Positions 12,519 to 25,205 are shown, counted from the first letter of the stretch. The stretch is DNA of 64,000 nucleotides from Lama guanicoe (GCA_013239625.1 MU053934.1:10313352-10377351), one strand, 5' to 3'. Numbers and translations: made by a program. The notes: generated from the letters alone by a model not told the origin.

Positions 12519-12818
12519 CAGCCGGCCCTTTGTATCAGCAGCTGTGGTGTCAACCAAAATCAGATTGAAAATGCCCGGGAAAAAATTCCAGACAGTTCCA
12601 GAAAGCAAGACTTGAACTTGCTGCTGCCGACAGCTGCTGACATAGCCCTCACGTTGTGCCGGGTGTCACAGGTAATCTAGAGACGATTTAAAGTGTGTGA
12701 AGGATGGTGCAGGTTGCGTGCCGGTGCTCCCCCATTTTACACGAGGGACTCGTGTGTGGGTTTTGGTATCTGCAGGGGTTCCTGGCACCAGTCCCTGATG
12801 GATGCCGAGGGACGGCTG
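12519..12818 (+). mobile_element. MER2-like TcMar-Tigger MITE with both terminal inverted repeats
   Basis: Left TIR cagccggccctttgtatc; right end gatgccgagggacggctg (reverse complement cagccgtccctcggcatc). Internal gtaatctagagacgatttaaag is typical of MER2/Tigger. Confidence 0.85.
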
Positions 12819-12938
12819 TGTATTCTTATAATTTATGCATCTTGTTTGCTTTCTTTCTTCCCTTTTGAATTGCATTTTCCAGAGATTTGCCTATTTTCTC
12901 ACACAAAACAAAAACGATAGAAGTCATCACAGTCATTT

Positions 12939-13085
12939 ATCGGTGCTTTCCCTTGCTTTTCTAATTCAGTGATCTTTGCTTTTTCCCTCCTTGGTTTTTC
13001 TTGGATTTGTCCATCGGTGCTTTCCCTTGCTTTTCTAATTCAGTGATCTTTGCTTTTTCCCTCCTTGGTTTTTCTTGGATTTGTC
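12939..13085. repeat. Perfect 73-bp tandem duplication (period 74)
   Basis: 12939-13011 is identical to 13013-13085. Confidence 0.95.
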
Positions 13086-13369
13086 TTGTTTTCTCTCTAA
13101 TTGCCGTTACGCGGATGTGCCTCAATTTGCTCACCAGTCCTGTGTGAGCACGTGTGGGTTGTTTTCAATCTGCCACGTTTTCAGACAATGAAATGTGTTC
13201 CGTGTTCATCTCCCACACGAGTGCGTATTTCCAGCAGAATTACCATCCGGAAGCTGTATCCATTTCTACTTTTAATGGCTTAATTTCTTTTCTCCATAGA
13301 ATTGGTGTCAATTTACATTTCCATCAGCAATATTTTTATTTCATTTTAGTTAGCGTCACATTCAACACA

Positions 13370-13545
13370 CACTCTACCAGGCACTCGACCAATGTTAACT
13401 CACTTAACCCTCAGAGCAGCCCCCTTTACAGAAGAGGAAACTGAGGCTTAGTGGGATGAAGTGATTTTCTCATGTGTACTGAGCAGTGAAACTGAAACTC
13501 AGACCTGGACATTCCGGCCCCCGAGTTCATGCTCTTAACCGGCAC
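13370..13545 (-). mobile_element. MIR SINE
   Basis: Core tttacagaagaggaaactgaggcttag plus atgctcttaacc. Confidence 0.75.
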
Positions 13546-14840
13546 AACAAGCTGCCTGTTTTCTCACAACATTATAATCATGGAGTTGACAAATGTTTTG
13601 ATCTTTGCAACTATGGTAAGTTAAAAAAAACAGTCTCATTTTAGTTTTAATTTGCATTTCCTTGCTGTGAGTAAGGGTGAGCCTTCCTTCAGATGTTTAA
13701 GAGGCATGTGCTTTTCCCTGTCTGTGAATGTTTGCTCACGACTCGTCTGTTTTTTCATTTTGGCCATTGTCTACTTATTGATTTGTAGATGCTCTTTATA
13801 TATTAAAATAACCATTTGCTTCTGTGATATGGAATGTACACATCTTCCTACGCTTTTACATATCTTTCGATTTTCTTTATATGATTTTTACAGCACATAA
13901 TTGTAAAGTTTTCTGTAGCCAAAATTTGCAGGTTTTTTCTGTATGTGTGTATGTGCCTGCTTTAACATACTCAGAAGGGATGGCCATCCTGAGATTTAAG
14001 TAATTTTCTTATGTTTTCTTCTAATACTTTTATAGCCCTGGTTTTCAGGTGAAATATTTGATTCATCTGGAAATTATTTTTCTGTGAGATGTAAGGTAGG
14101 GATTCAACTTTTTTCCAGATGCCATTTGTTTTGTAATTCATCTTCTCTCTTAATTAGGTTTTCCACCTTCATTATGTAGTCAATCCTCACATGCGTTTGA
14201 GATTTTCTTTTCCTTACTTTGATCTGCATATGAAGGCACCTGCACCACAATTTAAATGTTATTATAATTTTAATGTATTTAACTATCTGGTAAGTCTACT
14301 CACTTCTTCTTCTTTTTCATGAGAATGTTTGGACCAGTTTATCTAGTTCCTCAAAACACCCAGCTGATATTTTTCATGAGGATAATTGACATATTGGTGT
14401 CTAGCCTTCCCATCCAAAAACATAGTATATGTACACATGTGGTTAAGTCAGCTTTCATATTTAGTTCTATTTTAACATTTTCTTTTTTAATAGAGCTTGC
14501 ACATTTCTTAGGCATATTTCTAGGTATTTTACTCTTCTTTTCATTATAGCTTCTAGTGAATTTTGTTGTAGTGCATAAAAGCTATTGACTTCTTTATACC
14601 AATTTTATGTCAACATCTTTGGTGAATTCTGTCATCATTTGTAATAGTTTTTCAATCCATTTCCTTGGAACTTCCAGACATTTATCTTATCTGCAAACAA
14701 TAATAATTTTATCTCATCTCAATTTTTATGTATCTTATTTCTTTCTCCTGTTGTGCTGAGTATTTAAATCTCGGGATAAGATTCAGTAATAGTTGCAATC
14801 GTGGATGTCTTTTGTCTTGTCTTAACTTTAATGGGAGGAT

Positions 14841-15444
14841 TTTTTTAAGTTGAAGTACAGTTACAATATGTCCATTTCTGGTGTACAGCACAGTGTCCCA
14901 GTCATGCATATACATACATGTATTTGTTTTCATATTCTTTTTCATTAAAGGTTATTACAAGATATTGAATATAGTTCTGTGTGCTATACAGAAGAAATTT
15001 TTTTTAATCTTTTTTATATATAGTGGTTAACCTTTGCAAATCTCAAACTCACAAGTTTATCCCTTCCCACCCCCTTTCCCCCAGTAACCATAAGATTGTT
15101 TACTATGTCTACGAGTCTGTTTCTGTTTTGTAGATGAGTTCACTAGTGTCCTCTTTTTTTCTTTTTCTTTTTTTAAGATTCCACATATGAGCGATTTCAT
15201 ATGGTATTTTTCTTTCTGTTTCTGTCTTACTTCACTTAGAATGACAATCTCTAGGTCCATCCATATTGCTGCAAATGGTATTATTTTATTCTTTTTAAAG
15301 GCTGAGTAGTATTCCATTGTATATATGTATACAACATCTTCTTTACCCAGTCATCCATTATTGGGCATTGCTTCCGTGTCTTGGCTGTTGTAAATAGTAC
15401 TGCTATGAACATTGGGGTGCATGTGTCTTTTTGAATTAGAGTAG
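14841..15444 (-). mobile_element. Young 5'-truncated L1 with 13-bp TSD
   Basis: TSD ttaatgggaggat at 14828-14840 and 15445-15457. ORF-track peptides QKDTCTPMFIAVLFT and MEYYSAFKKNKIIPFAAIWMDLEIVILSEVRQ are the L1 ORF2p C-terminus. Confidence 0.92.
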
Positions 15445-17227
15445 TTAATGGGAGGATGTTTACAAGTATTTTCCTATTAAACATAATGCTGACCTCTGAG
15501 ATGAGATAAATATATTTTATTACAGTAAGTATCAATCCAGTCATCTCTGAGAGGTTTTAAAAATAAAATATGGATATTGAGTTTTATCAGTGCTTTTCCA
15601 GCTTAGAGATGATCATGTGGTTTGTTTTAGATCTGGTAATATGATGGTTTATATGAATACATTGACTTATATTGGTACATGCATTTATGAAGGGGGGTGG
15701 ATTGTGTTCCCTTCTCTTTGCCGTTGGATTTCCTGAAGAGTTTTCTTCGTGGACGTTGATGCTCTGCTGTTCGGTGCATGGTTTCCGTAGACGCTGGGTC
15801 TCCGTCGTGGACCGCGTCCTTTAGCATTATCATGGGCTCTGCTTTTCTCCCTTTAATGCTTTTTGTTGTGAATTCAATCTTACCCGATATTACTCTTTTT
15901 AAGATTGAGACCTCTATTTTATTTTTCCTGCATGTTAATTTTTACCCCCTAACCTTTTTGAGTCACTTTGCTTTAAGTGTGTTTCTTGCACGTAGTATAG
16001 ATATGGATTTTTTGTGAGTTAATCTTAGGATCATTTTGTGTTCTTTTTATGAGTGAAAAGCACACCCTTTGAGACAAGCCATTGGTTATTACCAGCGGGT
16101 TCCTGGCAGCAACCGCCTCATTGCTGCCCGGCAGGGGCAGTTCCCCAGGGGTGACCACACATGGAGTTTCCAAACAGTATCTTCTTAGTCATTTTCTTTT
16201 ATTATGTGAGTTTAGCTAACATAAGTTTCAATATATAGATATAGTGGTAAGATAGTTCGACTTTAATTTTGTCATGATTTTAAAATTATGCTTTCTGTTC
16301 AAATCTTAATTATTTTTTATTGTACAGTCTATGTCACCCTCTTTTGTTTTCTTGTCCCTGTTACTTTGGATAATTTAGTGTGTGTGTGTTTTGTTTCAGT
16401 AGCTACGTTTCTTTTTTATTGAGGTAAAATTCACATAAGATGAACTGGGCTGTTACCCATTTTTAAGTGTATAATTCAGTGATGGTTATGATTTTTAATT
16501 GTACATTTACAGACTATTCATAACTGTTCTCAGTGTGCTTTAGATCAGCAGTTCCTTTACACTTTTGAAAACCATCAAGGACCCCAAGAAGAAAAAAATT
16601 GCTTTTCTTTATGTGGCCAATATCTACTGATACCATATTGGAAACAAAAACTGAGAAATTTTGAAAATGTGAATGATTTCACTTAAAAATCACAGTGATA
16701 AACCCATTATGTGGTAACATAAATAACATTTTACTAAAATATAACTGTATTTCTGAAACACAGAAAAGTTAGTAAGAAGAATGGCATTATTTTACATGTT
16801 TTTGCAAATCTCTTTAGTGTTTGACTTAAGAAGACAGATGGATTCTCATATCTGCTTCTGCATTCAATCTGTTGTAATATATTGTTTGTTTTGAATTTTG
16901 AGGAAAGCCTGGCTTAGCACAGATATGTAATTGGAAAAGGGAGGAGTACTTTAACAATGTTTTCAGATAAGTGTGGCTGTTCTTCTCCGACAAGTGGTGG
17001 TTTTTTAAAGGTCGGTTGCACTGTGGAATCTGAAACGGTATCAGTGACCTTTTTGTACTCTGTTACATTAAACTCAATTTGTCTATTCTGCATTTTGACT
17101 GGATCATTTAACCCTTTATGACTTTGTAATGTCATGTATTGGTCATTTGGAAAATGATCTGGTTTTGCAGATACTCCAAATGTTGATGTGTTACATTATA
17201 CATTATCTACAAAATCACATGTGTTAA

Positions 17228-18939
17228 CCATACCCAAGGAGGAGAAGCCTTGTGCTCCGACAAACTGCAGAATGTTGCTGAAAGAAATGAAAGAAGATAT
17301 GTTTATAAACAGAAAGAGAGCCACATCCACGGACTGGAAGACTACATTGTCAGGATGTCAGTGCTACCTAAAACAAGCTACAGATCTAACACAACCCCTA
17401 TCAAAATCCTAGTGACATTTTTTTGCAGACATGGAAAAACACCTTAAGATTCACATGGAATCTAAATCCAAATAGCCAAAAATAATTTTGAAAAAAAGTT
17501 GAAGGACTCACACTTCCTGATTGCAAAATATATTACAAAGCTATGGTAATTGAAGCAGTGTGGTACTGGCATAGAAGCAGACAAACAGATCATGTAAGAG
17601 AACAGAGAACCCAGAAATGAGCCCTTATGTATTTGATCAAGTGACCTTCAACAAGGATGGCAAGACCACTTGGTGGGAAAAAGAAAGTCTCTTCAACAAG
17701 TGATGTTGAGAAAATGGAATGTCCACATGCAAAAGAATGAGATAGACCCTTATCTTGCAGCATATACAGAAATTAACTCAAAAAGGATTAAAGACAGACA
17801 TAAGACCTAAAACTACAAAATTCCTGGAAGAAAACAGAGGGGACAAGCTTTGTGACATTGAACTTGGCAGTGGTTTCTTGGCTATGACATCAAAAGCACA
17901 GGCAACAAAAGCAAAACTAGACAAATGGGACCACATCCAACATAAAAACGTTTGTACGTCAAAGGCCATGACAAAGTAAAGAGCAGCCTCTGGAATGAGA
18001 GAAGATATTTGTGAATCGTGTATCTGATAAGGGGTTAATATCTGCAGTATATGAACAGCTCCGACAACTCAACTACAACAACAACAACAAAATGAAATAA
18101 TCCAGTTTTTAAAATGGGCAAAGGACATTTTTATTCTACAAAGATGATATACAAATACCAACAAGCATATGAAGATTTGCAGTATCACTAATATTCAGAA
18201 AAAAGCAAAGCCGAGCCGCAGTGAGATGCCGGCTAACACCCACTAGGATGGCAGCAGAAAGAGGCAGCAGAAAGAGGCAGCAGAAAGAGGTACTGGTGAG
18301 CGTGTAGGGGGATTAGAACACCTGTGTACTGTTGGTGGGCTTGTAAAATGGTGCAGTCGCCACGGGAAGCAGGATGGAAGCCCCTCAAAAAATTAAAAAT
18401 AGAACTATCATGTGATCCAGCAATCCCACTTTGAGGCATGTACCCAAAATAATCGAAAGCAGGGTCTCAAAGAGACATTTGCTCACCCGTGTCCATAGCA
18501 GCGCTATTCACAGGGCCCAAGAGGTGGAAGCAACCTAGATTTCCTCTGATGGGTGAATGGCTAAGCAAAATGTGGTCGACACAGGCAGTGGGTAAAAAGG
18601 AAGGAGGTTCTGTCACACGCCACAACAGGGGTGAACCTTGAGGACATCACGCTGAGTGAAAGAAGCCAGTCACACCAAGACTAACACTGTATGGTTGTGC
18701 TGATACAAGGTATGTAAGTAGTCAGAGTCACAGGACGAAACAGAGTGGTTGTGACCTGGGGCTGGGGGAGGGCCAGGGGGAGACGTTATTTAAGGGACGC
18801 AGACGTTTCAGATTTGCAGAATGGGGAAGTCCACGAGGTCTATTTCACAATAATAGCAATGTACTTACTGCCACTGAACTGCACACTGAAAATTGGTTAA
18901 GACGGTAAACTTTATGTTATGTGTTTTATTTATATCAAA
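17228..18939 (+). mobile_element. L1 (L1MA/MB-type) ORF2 C-terminal part plus 3' UTR, inserted in Charlie1
   Basis: Peptide IRPKTTKFLEENRGDKLCDIELGSGFLAMTSKAQATKAKLDKWDHI is L1 ORF2p. Degenerate TSD aaaatcacatgtgttaa (17211-17227) / aaaatcagctttgttaa (18940-18956). Confidence 0.9.
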
Positions 18940-19537
18940 AAAATCAGCTTTGTTAATATCACCACTGATCTCACTGGAAAACGCTTTAAGTATTGAGAGG
19001 CAATCAATTTGCAGTGATGGTCACACCTTTTCTAAAATTCTAATTTTCACACAAAACTCAAGTTGTATTATTGGCAACGACTCTCAGTTGTTTTCTTTGA
19101 ATGACAGGCTGGCTTCGTTCATTTTTGAACAAAAGAAATATCTGCCCACGACCCATATCTGGATAAACATATTTTGTCTGTTGCTCTTTTTAGTAAAAAT
19201 TGCATGAAATGGGAGTGAGTTCAGCTCAGAACTCAAACATCTGTGCAGAGCTTTCCCTAAAGATGACTGCCGTCCCCAGTGCAAGGCGGAGGTGCTTTCT
19301 GAGTGCTTCCCATTTTGTCCCCAACTGTCCCTGTCCACGCTGCTGGGACCAAACGCCCCAGACAGAGTGGCTTGTAAACAACAGAAATTTATTTCCCGCC
19401 ATCTGGAGGCTGAAAGTTTGAGATCAGGGCACCCGCTGGGCTGTGCTCTTTGGTGAGGGCTCTCTTCCTGGTTTATGGCGGCGTCTTCTCCCTGTGTCCT
19501 CGTGTGGTGGAGGGGGCGAGGGAGCTCTGGGAGGTCT

Positions 19538-20212
19538 TGTTACTGAGACTCAGGCCTGGCTGCTCGCTGCTTGAAATACTCAAGAGGCACAAGTTGGTAG
19601 AAAGGAAAGTTTGCTGGAGCCCAGCAACCCGGGGGCTGTGGAGGAGGAGGTGGACTCATGTTCAGAGGCCAACCCCCACTGACCATCAGTGGGCGGGAGC
19701 TTTTAAAGGGGAGTCTCAGGGGCACACAGGCGGACAGAAGGGCCACATGCAGAACAGCACGGTCAGCCCTGACACCCGTCTCAGTCAGTGATGGTCTGAG
19801 CAGCATCGTCTTGATTGCTTTACGTGCAGTTAGTCTTCAGCTCCAGGCTCGGTTTGCTCCCATTTCCTTGAGGCCAGTTCTTGGAATTGGGGCCGCTTCC
19901 GTCATGGCTGCAGCCTGGTCATCCTGTAGGTAACTTCCTCCACCTGGAGGGGTTCCTGCAAAGCAGCTCAAAGGACGGGGCTCAGAATATGATCTCTAGC
20001 CCTGGGGGAGGAGCTAGAGGCCCTTGACTTTGTTTAATGACCGAACTAATATTATTTTGTCTTTCTTGACTGTTTTCCTGTCTTTCTGCACTTTCTCACT
20101 GCTCTGATTAAATTTATTCTTTGGCTAAAGTTTCTCTGCAGACAAGAGGCAGGTGGAGCACATGGGGAGTGATCTGTCCTGAGAAGGCTCCATAGGGTTC
20201 TGCTCTGTTTCA
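19538..20212 (-). mobile_element. ERV1-class solo LTR with perfect 4-bp TSD
   Basis: TG...CA termini (tgttactga...ctgtttca). TSD gtct at 19534-19537 and 20213-20216. Confidence 0.88.
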
Positions 20213-20224
20213 GTCTCTTTAAAA

Positions 20225-20356
20225 AAACTTTTTAAACTTTTTTTGTAATTGCTTCTAAGTGGGGAAAATTAGGTATTATTTATTAAATTGATTGATTGAA
20301 CCCAGGACCTCATACATGCTGACCACATACCCTACCACTGAGCTCTACCCGCCCCT
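20225..20356 (-). mobile_element. tRNA-derived SINE (camelid Vic-1-like)
   Basis: gattgaacccaggacctcatacatgct...ctaccactgagctctacccgcccc is the reverse complement of an A/B-box tRNA-like head, with a T-rich tail to its left. Confidence 0.85.
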
Positions 20357-20884
20357 GTGGCTTTAGTCTCTTATAAGAACACTAATCCCATCCCTGGGGG
20401 CTCCGCCCTTGTGACCTAATCACCCCTTGAAGACCCACTTCCTGACACTGTCACCTTTAGGGTTAGGGTTTCACCACCCGCATATTGGGGAAACACAACC
20501 ATTCAGACCGTAGCACAGAGAAAGCTAAAAAGACCTTGTACCTTCAAGCATCGGAACTGAATAAAATTAATAATTTTTGCTGCTCTTCAAGGACACATTT
20601 CCCCCCTGCAAGCACGTGGTGGTGAAGAATCCCATAGCTGCTGGGACGGCGGGTGTCACCGCCTCGACTGTGCCGAGGGCCGTGCCAGCTTCGCCTGCCA
20701 CTGGTTTGCACCATCCGTGCAAATGTCAACACACTCATCCCAGAGTAAACGATGGGCTTCACAAAGTCCTTCTGCCATCTGAGTACTTCCTCCCTCTTGT
20801 GTTCGTTGTCAAGAAGGCCCTGGAGAGAAGTTCTTAGGCCACAAGCTGGAGCTGATGTGGGAGCGGTGCGAGCAGACAGCAAGT

Positions 20885-21376
20885 CTATGGATTCTCCCTC
20901 ACGTAGGCCAGAGTGTGCCCTGCTCGCACACCGCTGGTTCGATCTTCACGTTTGCAGTTAAGTATTTCTACGAGGAGTGACCACAGTGCTGGGCAGGGAC
21001 AGTGCTGACTTTCTGCCCAGCGCCGTCTCCTGGTGACGCACATGCGTTTCTCCGGCCAGTGACAGGGTAACTCCGGAAGAGGCCTCGGTGGCTTTTTCAT
21101 TTTACTTTGAGAAACTGTAGAGAACGATTTTTGGCTTTTAAATCTCTCATCACACTGATGTTTAAAATAGTCCACCCCTTTTTCTTTAAACTCTGAACGG
21201 CTGGTCTCAAAATGCTGCGGCAACTTCACTGACACCATAATACCAGGTGAGGATGTTCTGTAGTGTAAGACACAGTGCACACGAACATTTGTAAAGCCAA
21301 GGAAATACCTTTCACTGTATTTTTGTTTCTTGCTTCCACTTCCACCCAGTTTCCTTTCATTCATCATTTTCAGCAT
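20885..21376 (-). pseudogene. Decayed hAT (Charlie1/Buster-type) transposase N-terminus, BED-finger region
   Basis: KKQKYSERYFLGFT...HCVL...MVSVKLPQHFETSRSEFKEKGVDYFK resembles the ZBED5/Buster-family BED domain. Some Zn ligands are lost and similarity drops out of frame after about 95 codons. Confidence 0.75.
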
Positions 21377-21599
21377 TTTTCGACATGGATGGCACAGATG
21401 GGGGCTGAGAAAGTGAACCTCTTCATCTTATGAAGCCAACAATCCTTCGTTAAATATAAGAAAAATATATCCCAAGTAAGTTTTAATTTTCAAATAGAAT
21501 ATTATTAAATTTGAAGAGAAGACAATTTTGATAAAATTTTTAACATTTGGAAAAATTTCCCCCAAATTAAAATACTTTTGCCAAATAAGACAATGAAGA

Positions 21600-21815
21600 G
21601 AAATAGGTTGGAGTTAAGTGAAAAGGAAAATCCTTCTCAGAATGGATGAGCGTTGTCTAACAATAGGCTACTGTCTTGGAGTAGTGAGTTCCCCGTCATT
21701 GGAGGTAATCAAGCAGTGACTGGACAGCAGTAGTCTGGAAGACTGTGGAAGAGGCTCATCGTCCAGTGGGAGCTTGGGCTTAACGGCTTTGAAGGTTCCA
21801 AGCCCTGGAGTCTGT
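21600..21815 (+). mobile_element. CR1/L3 LINE 3' end
   Basis: gtagtgagttccccgtcattggaggtaatcaagcagtgactggac...gaaggttccaagccctggagtct parallels the L3/CR1 tail. Confidence 0.7.
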
Positions 21816-23674
21816 CCTCTGTCACCCACTGCTCCTCCCAAGGTCTCCAGTGGCCCCTCATCTCCAAACCAGTCTTCCCCAGAGCTCTGTCACATCTCAG
21901 CCTTTCAGCCGTTCTGGAAGACCTGGATCATTTTTAGACCCCGCCCCTGGCTTGGGAGACACCAAATGCCCTGGGTCCCCCTTCCTCCCCAGCACCGAGC
22001 TTTGTCACCTCCACCCAACCCACCCCCCAGGGTGTGGGCTGTGGCCTCCTCCTTCCTACACTCCTGGGAGACCTCTGCTTCCCTCTGACTGGAGCTTTCT
22101 GGGGGGCTGTCGGGAAACGCAAGGTCAGCCTCCATCTTCACGGATTCTCCACATCCCTCCAGGCGGCGGGGCTGTCCAACCTCAGCGCCCCCACCCAGCA
22201 GCGGTGCCTCCCGGAGCCTCGTTCACGTCCCAGGTCATCAGCTCTCTCGGCAGCTTAGAAGGTGACGCCCCGTCGTCTTTGCAGCACCAAGGAACCAAGG
22301 TTCCAGGGCTCCGGGACTTGGCTCCTGACTCTCCAGCAGGCAAGGGGCAAAGCTGGGGCTTCACCTCGGGTGGCTTCCCTTGGAGGCCTGTGCTTGGAGC
22401 CTCCCTGCGTCTACTGAGAAGGATGTCAGGATCCGCAGAGGCTGGGGAGGAGGGGAGAGAATGTTCCAGGGGGAGGAGACGCCGCAGGCGATGCAAGTAG
22501 GGTGAAGCACTCCCGGGAGGGGTGAGGCCCTTGGGCCGCTGGGGCGGATCAGACCAGGTGACCCCAGCCTTGTGGCAGGTGGCAGAGGGGGCAAAGGGAC
22601 CCCCAGGGATGAGCCTGGGGCATCAGAAAGAGGGTGACCTGGGAGTCACACCTCTGGGGCGGAAACTGCACGCTGCTAGTCGCTGCTGCAGACGTGGGGC
22701 GAGTTCCATCTCTCCTGTGCCCCACCTGTGATGGGGGGCTCGGTCCCCACCCAGAGGGCTGCCGGCGGGGGTGAGAGGCATGGCATGTGTGAGGGAGTCA
22801 GCCCACAGCTCGGGAGGGGCAAGCTCGGAGCAGAGGGCCACCCCTCAGCCCCTGGCCTTGGAATGCTCTTTTCTCAGGTCATGCTTTACAGGATCTGAGC
22901 CTCCTGACCCCAGATGACAGCCAGCATGGGACTTCTCTTGCTTTAGCAACAAGAAAAATAGCCTTCCACTCCTCAGCGTGCATTTCATTCAAAACGCATG
23001 GTTGCTGTAGCAAAGGTCAGCGACCCAGAACGTGGGCACACGTGCTGGCCGTCAGCCTCTCCCAGGACAGGTGACGGCTCTGCCGCCGACAGACCCATGG
23101 GGGCTGCTTGGAGCCAGGCCGGAGCAGAGCCAGGACAGAGCCGACCCAGGAGGCGCCACAGGCAGCCACGTGGAGAGGCCGGATGAGGACATGGGTCTGA
23201 GGCGTGGGGTTTCAGAACCCCTCCTCCCAGCTGCCTCCCGGGACTGCACCCCAGCAGTGAGTCTCCCCTGATGCTCCCACTGGCCCTGGCAGAGGGGGGC
23301 CCTGAAAAGAGAGTGCATTCAATACTTTTTTCTTAAAGAGGAGTCAAAAGATAAAGGTTCCTTCCTTCTTTGACCTCAGAAACTTGGAGACTAAAGAATG
23401 CTTCTAACAACGTAAAGGCGAGCTTACAGAATTAGAAACAGGACTCACGCTTCCAAATCACTGATTAAGAATGAAAGCCCAAAATGACCATATCCATATA
23501 CACACTCTTTTTTTTAGAAATGAAAGAACATGATAAATAAGCACAAAATCCTAAAAGCATAAAACAGAAAAAGATACAGCAGATAAAACACATCCATTCA
23601 GGTCATAGATAAATAGAAAAGCTAATGTCCTTGCTAAAGAAAAAAATGTTCTCAGATTGAATTTAAAAATATTC

Positions 23675-24000
23675 ACCTACACATCCACCCACCCACCAGT
23701 CATACACTGATGCAGCCATCCACCCGTCCATCAATCCACCTACCATCCATCCATCCACCCACCCATCAACCCATCCATGAATCCTGAAGCGGATCCTGAA
23801 GCAGCCCTGTGACCCAGCCCCAGCCCCAGTCAGAGGCAGCCCTCATTGCTCAGGGACCTGGCAGAAGACATGCTTGTCCTGCTTCTGGTAACATGAATCT
23901 ATTCATCCATCCATCCATCCACCATCCATTCATCCATCCGTCAACCATCCATTCATCCATCTATCCAGCCGCCATGCATCCATTCAATCATTCATTCATT
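23675..24000. repeat. Degenerate (TCCA)n/(TTCA)n tracts (about 23675-23780 and 23900-24000)
   Basis: ccatccatccatccacccacccatc and catccatccatccatccaccatccattcatccatcc seen directly; the second grades into an L2 tail. Confidence 0.85.
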
Positions 24001-24620
24001 AAACACGTCCTGAGCGTCCCTCTGTGCTAGGCCCCGGGATTCAGAGGGTTCTTCTGTGGTTCTCACCCTTGCATCTTTCAGAGCATACTTGGTGAAGAGC
24101 AATCTGTAAACAGACGTGTTGACGGGATGTAGTCAGTGTCGTGGGGGTCCGATGGACGGTATGTCTGCTGGGCAATCAGGAGAGTGTCTTAGAGGAGGTG
24201 AATTGTGTAAGTTGGGCCTAAAGAGATGATTGAGTGCTGGTCTGTAGCAAAGGGGGTGGGGAAGGGGCCCCCCGGTCAGAGGGAACTGAATGCATACATA
24301 TCATTGGCATGGGGTGGGGAAGGCCCCTGAAGGTGGGGGCAGGAACACAAGGCTGAAGAGGCTGGGGCCCTGGGGTCACTGACTTCAGGCTGAGCAGCTT
24401 GGGCATCATCTTGTGGGCAGTGGAAAGCTCTGAAGTCTTTGGACACGGAGTGACTGGATCACATTTGCCGTTTATAACTCTCTCTGGGACAGCGGCAGTG
24501 CAGAGCGCAGTCCAGGTGAGAGACATGGGCCTGGGTCCTGGCAAGGCCGTGAGGGGCTCAAATCCTCAGCGTGCTGGGAAGACACATCTGGCAAAGCCTG
24601 TGAACATATGGGTCAGGTGG
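23975..24620 (-). mobile_element. L2 LINE 3' region
   Basis: cattcattcattaaacacgtcctgagcgtccctctgtgctaggc (L2 terminus), then catcttgtgggcagtggaaagctctgaag...ggagtgac. Confidence 0.7.
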
Positions 24621-25082
24621 TTGCCATGGAAACATCAGATGTTTCCCTTCCTATGTGAGCAGAGTGGGCACGGAGCAGACCAACCATTACCTTGGGTTTT
24701 ATAGGCACGGGGGTGGGGCTGGGCTGCCCTAAATGAATATTGCCAGTGAGATGTGTGTCACCACTCTCCTTTGAGTGACACTTTGCCCAGAGAAGGCCAC
24801 TGTGTCAGGGATGAACAGAGACGGAGCAGCCCCTTTATACCCTGAGGGCGGGATGGGAAGGCACTGAGTTCATTAAGGCTGTTTAGGTCAATTACACCAA
24901 CGAGACAAGTGACCTCATGTAAGTCTGAGATGCAGCAGTCACTTGACAGCAGAAATGTGTGGCAGATGTTGAGAGCTAAGGAATCTCTTGTTCCAGTGCA
25001 GGAGGGTCCCTTTCAGAGCACCTAGTGCAGCCTCATCTGATGGGTGGAAAAATAGTGACAACCACAAGTAATGATAAACATT

Positions 25083-25205
25083 ATGGAGGTGATGAGGATG
25101 GTGGCGATGGTAGTGGCGATGATGATTGTGATGGTGGTGGTGATGGTGATGGCAGTGATGGTGATGGTGATGATGGTGGTGACAGTGATGGTATGATTAT
25201 GATGA
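25083..25205. repeat. (GAT/GGT)n trinucleotide low-complexity repeat at the tail of a MIR
   Basis: ggtgatggtgatggcagtgatggtgatggtgatgatggtggtgacagtgatgg seen directly. Confidence 0.9.

Larger units (their letters stand above)
13100..16500 (-). mobile_element. Old fragmented L1 (L1M/L1ME-type), 3' UTR to ORF2 region
   Basis: Long T-rich antisense L1 texture (tttagttttaatttgcatttcctt; gtaaggtagggattcaacttt; gagttttatcagtgcttttccagcttagagatgatcatgtgg). Hosts a MIR and a younger L1. Confidence 0.7.
19326..20515 (-). mobile_element. MLT1A-like ERVL-MaLR LTR, split by an ERV1 LTR and a SINE
   Basis: gtggcttgtaaacaacagaaatttattt...tggtgagggctctcttcctgg (left half) and tataagaacactaatccc...cattcagaccgtagca (right half) are consecutive parts of the recalled MLT1A consensus. 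Confidence 0.85.
16546..21380 (-). mobile_element. Charlie1-type hAT DNA transposon, long decayed copy split by three nested insertion sites
   Basis: The end cagcag...cctttacacttttgaaaaccatcaaggaccccaa matches the recalled Charlie1 terminus and is preceded by ctttagat, which fits the Charlie target preference (nTCTAGAn). Segments 16546-17227, 18940-19325 and 20516-21380 read as collinear. Confidence 0.85.

Noticed and set aside
18250..18290. 13-bp unit ggcagcagaaaga repeated three times
   Set aside because: Local slippage inside a dead L1; no sign of function.
20544..21376. Domesticated ZBED/Buster-like gene
   Set aside because: Frameshifted, Zn ligands partly lost and interrupted by nested insertions; a transposon fossil.
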